Part shown: positions 27,851-41,100 of the stretch, piece by piece
Position numbering within the stretch: the first letter of the stretch is position 1
Layout: each line of letters opens with the position of its first letter
Origin: Auanema rhodensis
Lineage: Eukaryota; Animalia; Nematoda
Assembly (NCBI GenBank): GCA_964057225.1
Contig: OZ059894.1
Coordinates: 21,762,001 to 21,826,000, forward strand
Direction: 5' to 3'
Length of the DNA stretch: 64,000 nucleotides
Position numbers and translations under genes: made by a program
Notes under the pieces: model-generated
Seen by the model: the letters and a program-made list of their open reading frames with translations, nothing else
What the model was told of the DNA's origin: nothing
Databases searched by the model: none

Positions 27851-30800
27851 CGCTTGATACAAAAATTAGTTATGATCGTTTGAAAAATGATGCATTAGTG
27901 TATGTTGAGTTTCCATGTACACACAACATTGCTTCCAAAAACATTTTGACAAAAATTTTTTCGAAAAATTTCAAAATAATTTAGCAAAAAGTAGATGTTT
28001 TTAGATTCCTTTTTTTAAGGCAAAGACGATGGACAATGTTATTCAACGAAAAAATTAATTCTTCAGGGTGAAAATCGAGGATATAAGTGTAAACTTATAT
28101 CAGTTGATATCTCGGTGCATTTTTAAGCTAGCGCAAATCTGATAACACAGATCGACGCAGCTTAAAAATCCGCATCGAATGCACTATACTACATTGAAAA
28201 ACGCTTAATACACAAATTAGTTATGATCGTTTGAAAAATGATGCATTAGTGTATGTTGAGTTTCCATGTACACTCAACATTGCTTCCAAAAACATTTTGA
28301 CAAAAATTTTTTCGAAAAATTTCAAAATAATTTAGCAAAAAGTAGATGTTTTTAGATTCCTTTTTTTAAGGCAAAGACGATGGACAATGTTATTCAACGA
28401 AAAAATTAATTCTTCAGGGTGAAAATCGAGGATATAAGTGTAAACTTATATCAGTTGATATCTCGGTGCATTTTTAAGCTAGCGCAAATCTGATAACACA
28501 GATCGACGCAGCTTAAAAATCCGCATCGAATGCACTATACTACATTGAGAAACGCTTAATACAAAAATTAGTTATGATCGTTTGAAAAATGATGCATTAG
28601 TGTATGTTGAGTTTCCATGTACACTCAACATTGCTTCCAAAAACATTTTGACAAAAATTTTTTCGAAAAATTTCAAAATAATTTAGCAAAAAGTAGATGT
28701 TTTTAGATTCCTTTTTTTAAGGCAAAGACGATGGACAATGTTATTCAACGAAAAAATTAATTCTTCAGGGTGAAAATCGAGGATATAAGTGTAAACTTAT
28801 ATCAGTTGATATCTCGGTGCATTTTTAAGCTAGCGCAAATCTGATAACACAGATCGACGCAGCTTAAAAATCCGCATCGAATGCACTATACTACATTGAG
28901 AAACGCTTAATACACAAATTAGTTATGATCGTTTGAAAAATGATGCATTAGTGTATGTTGAGTTTCCATGTACACTCAACATTGCTTCCAAAAACATTTT
29001 GACAAAAATTTTTTCGAAAAATTTCAAAATAATTTAGCAAAAAGTAGATGTTTTTAGATTCCTTTTTTTAAGGCAAAGACGATGGACAATGTTATTCAAC
29101 GAAAAAATTAATTCTTCAGGGTGAAAATCGAGGATATAAGTGTGAACTTATATCAGTTGATATCTCGGTGCATTTTTAAGCTAGCGCAAATCTGATAACA
29201 CAGATCGACGCAGCTTAAAAATCCGCATCGAATGCACTATACTACATTGAGAAACGCTTAATACAAAAATTAGTTATGATCGTTTGAAAAATGATGCATT
29301 AGTGTATGTTGAGTTTCCATGTACACTCAACATTGCTTCCAAAAACATTTTGACAAAAATTTTTTCGAAAAATTTTATAATAATTTAGCAAAAAGTAGAT
29401 GTTTTTAGATTCCTGTTTTTAAGGCAAAGACGATGGACAATGTTATTCAACGAAAAAATTAATTCTTCAGGGTGAAAATCGAGGATATAAGTGTGAACTT
29501 ATATCAGTTGATATCTCGGTGCATTTTTAAGCTAGCGCAAATTTGATAACACAGATCGACGCAGCTTAAAAATCCGCATCGAATGCACTATACTACATTG
29601 AGAAACGCTTGATACAAAAATTAGTTATGTTCGTTTGAAAAATGATGCATTAGTGTATGTTGAGTTTCCATGTACACTCAACATTGCTTCCAAAAACATT
29701 TTGACAAAAATTTTTTCGAAAAATTTCAAAATAATTTAGCAAAAAGTAGATGTTTTTAGATTCCATTTTTCAAGGCAAAGACGATAGACAATGTTATTCA
29801 ACGAAAAAATTAATTCTTCAGGGTGAAAATCGAGGATATAAGTGTGAACTTATATCAGTTGATATCTCGGTGCATTTTTAAGCTAGCGCAAATCTGATAA
29901 CACAGATCGACGCAGCTTAAAAATCCGCATCGAATGCACTATACAACATTGAGAAACGCTTAATACAAAAATTAGTTATGATCGTTTGAAAAATGATGCA
30001 TTAGTGTGTGTTGAGTTTCCATGTACACTCAACATTGCTTCCAAAAACATTTTGACAAAAATTTTTTCGAAAAATTTCAAAATAATTTAGCAAAAAGTAG
30101 ATGTTTTTAGATTCCATTTTTCAAGGCAAAGACGATAGACAAGGTTATTCAACGAAAAAATTAATTCTTCAGGGTGAAAATCGAGGATATAAGTGTGAAC
30201 TTATATCAGTTGATATCTCGGTGCATTTTTAAGCTAGCGCAAATCTGATAACACAGATCGACGCAGCTTGAAAAACCGCATCGAATGCACTATACTACAT
30301 TGAGAAACGCTTAATACAAAAATTAGTTATGATCGTTTGAAAAATGATGCATTAGTGTATGTTGAGTTTCCATGTACACTCAACATTGCTTCAAAAAACA
30401 TTTTGACAAAAATTTTTTCGAAAAATTTCATAATAATTTAGCAAAAAGTAGATGTTTTTAGATTCCTGTTTTTAAGGCAAAGACGATGGACAATGTTATT
30501 CAACGAAAAAATTAATTCTTCAGGGTGAAAATCGAGGATATAAGTGTGAACTTATATCAGTTGATATCTCGGTGCATTTTTAAGCTAGCGCAAATTTGAT
30601 AACACAGATCGACGCAGCTTAAAAATCCGCATCGAATGCACTATACTACATTGAGAAACGCTTGATACAAAAATTAGTTATGTTCGTTTGAAAAATGATG
30701 CATTAGTGTATGTTGAGTTTCCATGTACACTCAACATTGCTTCAAAAAACATTTTGACAAAAATTTTTTCGAAAAATTTCAAAATAATTTAGCAAAAAGT

Positions 30801-31290
30801 AGATGTTTTTAGATTCCTTTTTTTAAGGCAAAGACGATGGACAATGTTATTCAACGAAAAAATTAATTCTTCAGGGTGAAAATCGAGGATATAAGTGTAA
30901 ACTTATATCAGTTGATATCTCGGTGCATTTTTAAGCTAGCGCAAATCTGATAACACAGATCGACGCAGCTTAAAAATCCGCATCGAATGCACTATACTAC
31001 ATTGAGAAACGCTTAATACACAAATTAGTTATGATCGTTTGAAAAATGATGCATTAGTGTATGTTGAGTTTCCATGTACACTCAACATTGCTTCAAAAAA
31101 CATTTTGACAAAAATTTTTTCGAAAAATTTCAAAATAATTTAGCAAAAAGTAGATGTTTTTAAATTCCTTTTTTTAAGGCAAAGACGATGGACAATGTTA
31201 TTCAACGAAAAAATTAATTCTTCAGGGTGAAAATCGAGGATATAAGTGTGAACTTATATCAGTTGATATCTCGGTGCATTTTTAAGCTAG

Positions 31291-31320
31291 CGCAAATCTG
31301 ATCGAAAAAATTTTTGTCAA
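31291..31320. other. Orientation-switch (inversion) junction of the satellite array
   Basis: CGCAAATCTGA-T-CGAAAAAATTTTTGTCAA: the forward monomer stops at its position 63 (expected ...CTGATAACAC) and the reverse monomer starts at its position 235 (expected ...TTTTTCGAAAAAA). The T at 31302 is shared and there is no inserted sequence. Confidence 0.97.
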
Positions 31321-32825
31321 AATGTTTTTGGAAGCAATGTTGTGTGTACATGGAAACTCAACATACACTAATGCATCATTTTTCAAACGATCATAACTAA
31401 TTTTTGTATCAAGCGTTTCTCAATGTAGTATAGTGCATTCGATGCGGATTTTTAAGCTGCGTCGATCTGTGTTATCAGATTTGCGCTAGCTTAAAAATGC
31501 ACCGAGATATCAACTGATATAAGTTCACACTTATATCCTCGATTTTCACCCTGAAGAATTAATTTTTTCGTTGAATAACATTGTCCATCGTCTTTGCCTT
31601 AAAAAAAGGAATCTAAAAACATCTACTTTTTGCTAAATTATTTTGAAATTTTTCGAAAAAATTTTTGTCAAAATGTTTTTGGAAGCAATGTTGAGTGTAC
31701 ATGGAAACTCAACATACACTAATGCATCATTTTTCAAACGATCATAACTAATTTTTGTATCAAGCGTTTCTTGATGTAGTATAGTGCATTCGATGCGGAT
31801 TTTTAAGCTGCGTCGATCTGTGTTATCAAATTTGCGCTAGCGTAAAAATGCACCGAGATATCAACTGATATAAGTTCACACTTATATCCTCGATTTTCAC
31901 CCTGAAGAATTAATTTTTTCGTTGAATAACATTGTCCATCGTCTTTGCCTTGAAAAAAGAAATCTAAAAACATCTACTTTTTGCTAAATTATTTTGAAAT
32001 TTTTCGAAAAAATTTTTGTCAAAATGTTTTTGGAAGCAATGTTGAGTGTACATGGAAACTCAACATACACTAATGCATCATTTTTCAAACGATCATAACT
32101 AATTTTTGTATCAAGCGTTTCTTGATGTAGTATAGTGCATTCGATGCGGATTTTTAAGCTGCGTCGATCTGTGTTATCAGATTTGCGCTAGCGTAAAAAT
32201 GCACCGAGATATCAACTGATATAAGTTCACACTTATATCCTCGATTTTCACCCTGAAGAATTAATTTTTTCGTTGAATAACATTGTCCATCGTCTTTGCC
32301 TTGAAAAAAGAAATCTAAAAACATCTACTTTTTGCTAAATTATTTTGAAATTTTTCGAAAAAATTTTTGTCAAAATGTTTTTGGAAGCAATGTTGAGTGT
32401 ACATGGAAACTCAACATACACTAATGCATCATTTTTCAAACGATCATAACTAATTTGTGTATTAAGCGTTTCTCAATGTAGTATAGTGCATTCGATGCGG
32501 ATTTTTAAGCTGCGTCGATCTGTGTTATCAGATTTGCGCTAGCTTAAAAATGCACCGAGATATCAACTGATATAAGTTCACACTTATATCCTCGATTTTC
32601 ACCCTGAAGAATTAATTTTTTCGTTGAATAACATTGTCTATCGTCTTTGCCTTAAAAAATGGAATCTAAAAACATCTACTTTTTGCTAAATTATTTTGAA
32701 ATTTTTCGAAAAAATTTTTGTCAAAATGTTTTTGGAAGCAATGTTGAGTGTACATGGAAACTCAACATACACTAATGCATCATTTTTCAAACGATCATAA
32801 CTAATTTGTGTATTAAGCGTTTCTC

Positions 32826-32845
32826 AATGTAGTATGCGGATTTTT
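32826..32845. other. 12-bp deletion in one monomer (between 32835 and 32836)
   Basis: AGTAT|GCGGAT versus consensus AGTAT-AGTGCATTCGAT-GCGGAT, flanked by AT microhomology. Phase check: 39958-31546 = 24x351-12. Confidence 0.93.
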
Positions 32846-34899
32846 AAGCTGCGTCGATCTGTGTTATCAGATTTGCGCTAGCTTAAAAATGCACCGAGAT
32901 ATCAACTGATATAAGTTCACACTTATATCCTCGATTTTCACCCTGAAGAATTAATTTTTTCGTTGAATAACATTGTCCATCGTCTTTGCCTTGAAAAAAG
33001 AAATCTAAAAACATCTACTTTTTGCTAAATTATTTTGAAATTTTTCGAAAAAATTTTTGTCAAAATGTTTTTGGAAGCAATGTTGAGTGTACATGGAAAC
33101 TCAACATACACTAATGCATCATTTTTCAAACGATCATAACTAATTTGTGTATTAAGCGTTTCTCAATGTAGTATAGTGCATTCGATGCGGATTTTTAAGC
33201 TGCGTCGATCTGTGTTATCAGATTTGCGCTAGCTTAAAAATGCACCGAGATATCAACTGATATAAGTTCACACTTATATCCTCGATTTTCACCCTGAAGA
33301 ATTAATTTTTTCGTTGAATAACATTGTCCATCGTCTTTGCCTTGAAAAAAGAAATCTAAAAACATCTACTTTTTGCTAAATTATTTTGAAATTTTTCGAA
33401 AAAATTTTTGTCAAAATGTTTTTGGAAGCAATGTTGAGTGTACATGGAAACTCAACATACACTAATGCATCATTTTTCAAACGATCATAACTAATTTGTG
33501 TATTAAGCGTTTCTCAATGTAGTATAGTGCATTCGATGTGGATTTTTAAGCTGCGTCGATCTGTGTTATCAGATTTGCGCTAGCTTAAAAATGCACCGAG
33601 ATATCAACTGATATAAGTTCACACTTATATCCTCGATTTTCACCCTGAAGAATTAATTTTTTCGTTGAATAACATTGTCCATCGTCTTTGCCTTGGAAAA
33701 AGGAATCTAAAAACATCTACTTTTTGCTAAATTATTTTGAAATTTTTCGAAAAAATTTTTGTCAAAATGTTTTTGGAAGCAATGTTGAGTGTACATGGAA
33801 ACTCAACATACACTAATGCATCATTTTTCAAACGATCATAACTAATTTGTGTATTAAGCGTTTCTTGATGTAGTATAGTGCATTCGATGCGGATTTTTAA
33901 GCTGCGTCGATCTGTGTTATCAGATTTGCGCTAGCTTAAAAATGCACCGAGATATCAACTGATATAAGTTCACACTTATATCCTCGATTTTCACCCTGAA
34001 GAATTAATTTTTTCGTTGAATAACATTGTCCATCGTCTTTGCCTTAAAAAAAGGAATCTAAAAACATCTACTTTTTGCTAAATTATTTTGAAATTTTTCG
34101 AAAAAATTTTTGTCAAAATGTTTTTGGAAGCAATGTTGAGTGTACATGGAAACTCAACATACACTAATGCATCATTTTTCAAACGATCATAACTAATTTG
34201 TGTATTAAGCGTTTCTTGATGTAGTATAGTGCATTCGATGCGGATTTTTAAGATGCGTCGATCTGTGTTATCAGATTTGCGCTAGCTTAAAAATGCACCG
34301 AGATATCAACTGATATAAGTTCACACTTATATCCTCGATTTTCACCCTGAAGAATTAATTTTTTCGTTGAATAACATTGTCCATCGTCTTTGCCTTGAAA
34401 AAAGAAATCTAAAAACATCTACTTTTTGCTAAATTATTTTGAAATTTTTCGAAAAAATTTTTGTCAAAATGTTTTTGGAAGCAATGTTGAGTGTACATGG
34501 AAACTCAACATACACTAATGCATCATTTTTCAAACGATTATAACTAATTTGTGTATTAAGCGTTTCTCAATGTAGTATAGTGCATTCGATGCGGATTTTT
34601 AAGCTGCGTCGATCTGTGTTATCAGATTTGCGCTAGCTTAAAAATGCACCGAGATATCAACTGATATAAGTTCACACTTATATCCTCGATTTTCACCCTG
34701 AAGAATTAATTTTTTCGTTGAATAACATTGTCCATCGTCTTTGCCTTAAAAAAAGGAATCTAAAAACATCTACTTTTTGCTAAATTATTTTGAAATTTTT
34801 CGAAAAAATTTTTGTCAAAATGTTTTTGGAAGCAATGTTGAGTGTACATGGAAACTCAACATACACTAATGCATCATTTTTCAAACGATCATAACTAAT

Positions 34900-37800
34900 T
34901 TTTGTATCAAGCGTTTCTTGATGTAGTATAGTGCATTCGATGCGGATTTTTAAGCTGCGTCGATCTGTGTTATCAAATTTGCGCTAGCGTAAAAATGCAC
35001 CGAGATATCAACTGATATAAGTTCACACTTATATCCTCGATTTTCACCCTGAAGAATTAATTTTTTCGTTAAATAACATTGTCCATCGTCTTTGCCTTGA
35101 AAAAAGAAATCTAAAAACATCTACTTTTTGCTAAATTATTTTGAAATTTTTCGAAAAAATTTTTGTCAAAATGTTTTTGGAAGCAATGTTGAGTGTACAT
35201 GGAAACTCAACATACACTAATGCATCATTTTTCAAACGATCATAACTAATTTGTGTATTAAGCGTTTCTTGATGTAGTATAGTGCATTCGATGCGGATTT
35301 TTAAGCTGCGTCGATCTGTGTTATCAGATTTGCGCTAGCTTAAAAATGCACCGAGATATCAACTGATATAAGTTCACACTTATATCCTCGATTTTCACCC
35401 TGAAGAATTAATTTTTTCGTTGAATAACATTGTCCATCGTCTTTGCCTTGAAAAAAGAAATCTAAAAACATCTACTTTTTGCTAAATTATTTTGAAATTT
35501 TTCGAAAAAATTTTTGTCAAAATGTTTTTGGAAGCAATGTTGAGTGTACATGGAAACTCAACATACACTAATGCATCATTTTTCAAACGATTATAACTAA
35601 TTTGTGTATTAAGCGTTTCTCAATGTAGTATAGTGCATTCGATGCGGATTTTTAAGCTGCGTCGATCTGTGTTATCAAATTTGCGCTAGCGTAAAAATGC
35701 ACCGAGATATCAACTGATATAAGTTCACACTTATATCCTCGATTTTCACCCTGAAGAATTAATTTTTTCGTTAAATAACATTGTCCATCGTCTTTGCCTT
35801 GAAAAAAGAAATCTAAAAACATCTACTTTTTGCTAAATTATTTTGAAATTTTTCGAAAAAATTTTTGTCAAAATGTTTTTGGAAGCAATGTTGAGTGTAC
35901 ATGGAAACTCAACATACACTAATGCATCATTTTTCAAACGATCATAACTAATTTGTGTATTAAGCGTTTCTTGATGTAGTATAGTGCATTCGATGCGGAT
36001 TTTTAAGCTGCGTCGATCTGTGTTATCAGATTTGCGCTAGCTTAAAAATGCACCGAGATATCAACTGATATAAGTTCACACTTATATCCTCGATTTTCAC
36101 CCTGAAGAATTAATTTTTTCGTTGAATAACATTGTCCATCGTCTTTGCCTTAAAAAAAGGAATCTAAAAACATCTACTTTTTGCTAAATTATTTTGAAAT
36201 TTTTCGAAAAAATTTTTGTCAAAATGTTTTTGGAAGCAATGTTGAGTGTACATGGAAACTCAACATACACTAATGCATCATTTTTCAAACGATCATAACT
36301 AATTTGTGTATTAAGCGTTTCTTGATGTAGTATAGTGCATTCGATGCGGATTTTTAAGCTGCGTCGATCTGTGTTATCAGATTTGCGCTAGCGTAAAAAT
36401 GCACCGAGATATCAACTGATATAAGTTCACACTTATATCCTCGATTTTCACCCTGAAGAATTAATTTTTTCGTTAAATAACATTGTCCATCGTCTTTGCC
36501 TTGAAAAAAGAAATCTAAAAACATCTACTTTTTGCTAAATTATTTTGAAATTTTTCGAAAAAATTTTTGTCAAAATGTTTTTGGAAGCAATGTTGAGTGT
36601 ACATGGAAACTCAACATACACTAATGCATCATTTTTCAAACGATCATAACTAATTTGTGTATTAAGCGTTTCTTGATGTAGTATAGTGCATTCGATGCGG
36701 ATTTTTAAGCTGCGTCGATCTGTGTTATCAGATTTGCGCTAGCTTAAAAATGCACCGAGATATCAACTGATATAAGTTCACACTTATATCCTCGATTTTC
36801 ACCCTGAAGAATTAATTTTTTCGTTGAATAACATTGTCCATCGTCTTTGCCTTGAAAAAAGAAATCTAAAAACATCTACTTTTTGCTAAATTATTTTGAA
36901 ATTTTTCGAAAAAATTTTTGTCAAAATGTTTTTGGAAGCAATGTTGAGTGTACATGGAAACTCAACATACACTAATGCATCATTTTTCAAACGATTATAA
37001 CTAATTTGTGTATTAAGCGTTTCTCAATGTAGTATAGTGCATTCGATGCGGATTTTTAAGCTGCGTCGATCTGTGTTATCAAATTTGCGCTAGCGTAAAA
37101 ATGCACCGAGATATCAACTGATATAAGTTCACACTTATATCCTCGATTTTCACCCTGAAGAATTAATTTTTTCGTTAAATAACATTGTCCATCGTCTTTG
37201 CCTTGAAAAAAGAAATCTAAAAACATCTACTTTTTGCTAAATTATTTTGAAATTTTTCGAAAAAATTTTTGTCAAAATGTTTTTGGAAGCAATGTTGAGT
37301 GTACATGGAAACTCAACATACACTAATGCATCATTTTTCAAACGATCATAACTAATTTGTGTATTAAGCGTTTCTTGATGTAGTATAGTGCATTCGATGC
37401 GGATTTTTAAGCTGCGTCGATCTGTGTTATCAGATTTGCGCTAGCTTAAAAATGCACCGAGATATCAACTGATATAAGTTCACACTTATATCCTCGATTT
37501 TCACCCTGAAGAATTAATTTTTTCGTTGAATAACATTGTCCATCGTCTTTGCCTTAAAAAAAGGAATCTAAAAACATCTACTTTTTGCTAAATTATTTTG
37601 AAATTTTTCGAAAAAATTTTTGTCAAAATGTTTTTGGAAGCAATGTTGAGTGTACATGGAAACTCAACATACACTAATGCATCATTTTTCAAACGATTAT
37701 AACTAATTTGTGTATTAAGCGTTTCTCAATGTAGTATAGTGCATTCGATGCGGATTTTTAAGCTGCGTCGATCTGTGTTATCAAATTTGCGCTAGCGTAA

Positions 37801-38100
37801 AAATGCACCGAGATATCAACTGATATAAGTTCACACTTATATCCTCGATTTTCACCCTGAAGAATTAATTTTTTCGTTAAATAACATTGTCCATCGTCTT
37901 TGCCTTGAAAAAAGAAATCTAAAAACATCTACTTTTTGCTAAATTATTTTGAAATTTTTCGAAAAAATTTTTGTCAAAATGTTTTTGGAAGCAATGTTGA
38001 GTGTACATGGAAACTCAACATACACTAATGCATCATTTTTCAAACGATCATAACTAATTTTTGTATCAAGCGTTTCTTGATGTAGTATAGTGCATTCGAT
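34900..38100 (-). repeat. Dimeric (702-bp) higher-order repeat, about 5 copies
   Basis: The variant CTAGCGTAAAAA (C at 34988, 35690, 36392, 37094, 37796) is each time followed by the variant CGTTAAATAA. Confidence 0.85.
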
Positions 38101-41100
38101 GCGGATTTTTAAGCTGCGTCGATCTGTGTTATCAGATTTGCGCTAGCTTAAAAATGCACCGAGATATCAACTGATATAAGTTCACACTTATATCCTCGAT
38201 TTTCACCCTGAAGAATTAATTTTTTCGTTGAATAACATTGTCCATCGTCTTTGCCTTGAAAAAAGAAATCTAAAAACATCTACTTTTTGCTAAATTATTT
38301 TGAAATTTTTCGAAAAAATTTTTGTCAAAATGTTTTTGGAAGCAATGTTGAGTGTACATGGAAACTCAACATACACTAATGCATCATTTTTCAAACGATT
38401 ATAACTAATTTGTGTATTAAGCGTTTCTCAATGTAGTATAGTGCATTCGATGCGGATTTTTAAGCTGCGTCGATCTGTGTTATCAGATTTGCGCTAGCTT
38501 AAAAATGCACCGAGATATCAACTGATATAAGTTCACACTTATATCCTCGATTTTCACCCTGAAGAATTAATTTTTTCGTTGAATAACATTGTCCATCGTC
38601 TTTGCCTTGAAAAAAGAAATCTAAAAACATCTACTTTTTGCTAAATTATTTTGAAATTTTTCGAAAAAATTTTTGTCAAAATGTTTTTGGAAGCAATGTT
38701 GAGTGTACATGGAAACTCAACATACACTAATGCATCATTTTTCAAACGATCATAACTAATTTGTGTATTAAGCGTTTCTCAATGTAGTATAGTGCATTCG
38801 ATGCGGATTTTTAAGCTGCGTCGATCTGTGTTATCAGATTTGCGCTAGCTTAAAAATGCACCGAGATATCAACTGATATAAGTTCACACTTATATCCTCG
38901 ATTTTCACCCTGAAGAATTAATTTTTTCGTTGAATAACATTGTCCATCGTCTTTGCCTTGAAAAAAGAAATCTAAAAACATCTACTTTTTGCTAAATTAT
39001 TTTGAAATTTTTCGAAAAAATTTTTGTCAAAATGTTTTTGGAAGCAATGTTGAGTGTACATGGAAACTCAACATACACTAATGCATCATTTTTCAAACGA
39101 TTATAACTAATTTGTGTATTAAGCGTTTCTCAATGTAGTATAGTGCATTCGATGCGGATTTTTAAGCTGCATCGATCTGTGTTATCAGATTTGCGCTAGC
39201 TTAAAAATGCACCGAGATATCAACTGATATAAGTTCACACTTATATCCTCGATTTTCACCCTGAAGAATTAATTTTTTCGTTGAATAACATTGTCCATCG
39301 TCTTTGCCTTGAAAAAAGAAATCTAAAAACATCTACTTTTTGCTAAATTATTTTGAAATTTTTCGAAAAAATTTTTGTCAAAATGTTTTTGGAAGCAATG
39401 TTGAGTGTACATGGAAACTCAACATACACTAATGCATCATTTTTCAAACGATCATAACTAATTTGTGTATTAAGCGTTTCTCAATGTAGTATAGTGCATT
39501 CGATGCGGATTTTTAAGCTGCGTCGATCTGTGTTATCAGATTTGCGCTAGCTTAAAAATGCACCGAGATATCAACTGATATAAGTTCACACTTATATCCT
39601 CGATTTTCACCCTGAAGAATTAATTTTTTCGTTGAATAACATTGTCCATCGTCTTTGCCTTAAAAAAAGGAATCTAAAAACATCTACTTTTTGCTAAATT
39701 ATTTTGAAATTTTTCGAAAAAATTTTTGTCAAAATGTTTTTGGAAGCAATGTTGAGTGTACATGGAAACTCAACATACACTAATGCATCATTTTTCAAAC
39801 GATCATAACTAATTTTTGTATCAAACGTTTCTCAATGTAGTATAGTGCATTCGATGTGGATTTTTAAGCTGCGTCGATCTGTGTTATCAGATTTGCGCTA
39901 GCTTAAAAATGCACCGAGATATCAACTGATATAAGTTCACACTTATATCCTCGATTTTCACCCTGAAGAATTAATTTTTTCGTTGAATAACATTGTCCAT
40001 CGTCTTTGCCTTGGAAAAAGGAATCTAAAAACATCTACTTTTTGCTGAATTATTCTGAAATTTTTCGAAAAAATTTTTGTCAAAATGTTTTTGGAAGCAA
40101 TGTTGAGTGTACATGGAAACTCAACATACACTAATGCATCATTTTTCAAACGATCATAACTAATTTTTGTATCAAACGTTTCTCAATGTAGTATAGTGCA
40201 TTCGATGTGGATTTTTAAGCTGCGTCGATCTGTGTTATCAGATTTGCGCTAGCTTAAAAATGCACCGAGATATCAACTGATATAAGTTCACACTTATATC
40301 CTCGATTTTCACCCTGAAGAATTAATTTTTTCGTTGAATAACATTGTCCATCGTCTTTGCCTTAAAAAAAGGAATCTAAAAACATCTACTTTTTGCTAAA
40401 TTATTTTGAAATTTTTCGAAAAAATTTTTGTCAAAATGTTTTTGGAAGCAATGTTGAGTGTACATGGAAACTCAACATACACTAATGCATCATTTTTCAA
40501 ACGATCATAACTAATTTTTGTATCAAACGTTTCTCAATGTAGTATAGTGCATTCGATGTGGATTTTTAAGCTGCGTCGATCTGTGTTATCAGATTTGCGC
40601 TAGCTTAAAAATGCACCGAGATATCAACTGATATAAGTTCACACTTATATCCTCGATTTTCACCCTGAAGAATTAATTTTTTCGTTGAATAACATTGTCC
40701 ATCGTCTTTGCCTTGAAAAAAGAAATCTAAAAACATCTACTTTTTGCTAAATTATTTTGAAATTTTTCGAAAAAATTTTTGTCAAAATGTTTTTGGAAGC
40801 AATGTTGAGTGTACATGGAAACTCAACATACACTAATGCATCATTTTTCAAACGATCATAACTAATTTGTGTATTAAGCGTTTCTCAATGTAGTATAGTG
40901 CATTCGATGCGGATTTTTAAGCTGCGTCGATCTGTGTTATCAGATTTGCGCTAGCTTAAAAATGCACCGAGATATCAACTGATATAAGTTCACACTTATA
41001 TCCTCGATTTTCACCCTGAAGAATTAATTTTTTCGTTGAATAACATTGTCCATCGTCTTTGCCTTGAAAAAAGAAATCTAAAAACATCTACTTTTTGCTA

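Larger units (their letters stand above)
1..31302 (+). repeat. Satellite DNA tandem array, 351-bp monomer, about 89 copies, forward orientation (continues beyond the left edge)
   Basis: The motif GAACTTATATCAGTTGATATCTCGGTGC recurs every 351 bp (repeat-derived ORF starts at 151, 502, 853 and so on). Phase is kept to the junction (31302 = 89x351 + 63), so there is no net indel in this arm. Copies differ by a few substitutions. Confidence 0.99.

Noticed and set aside
31566-31582. CENP-B box-like motif TTTCGTTGAATAACATT
   Set aside because: It matches only the TTCG....A half and lacks the essential CGGG of the nTTCGnnnnAnnCGGGn box.
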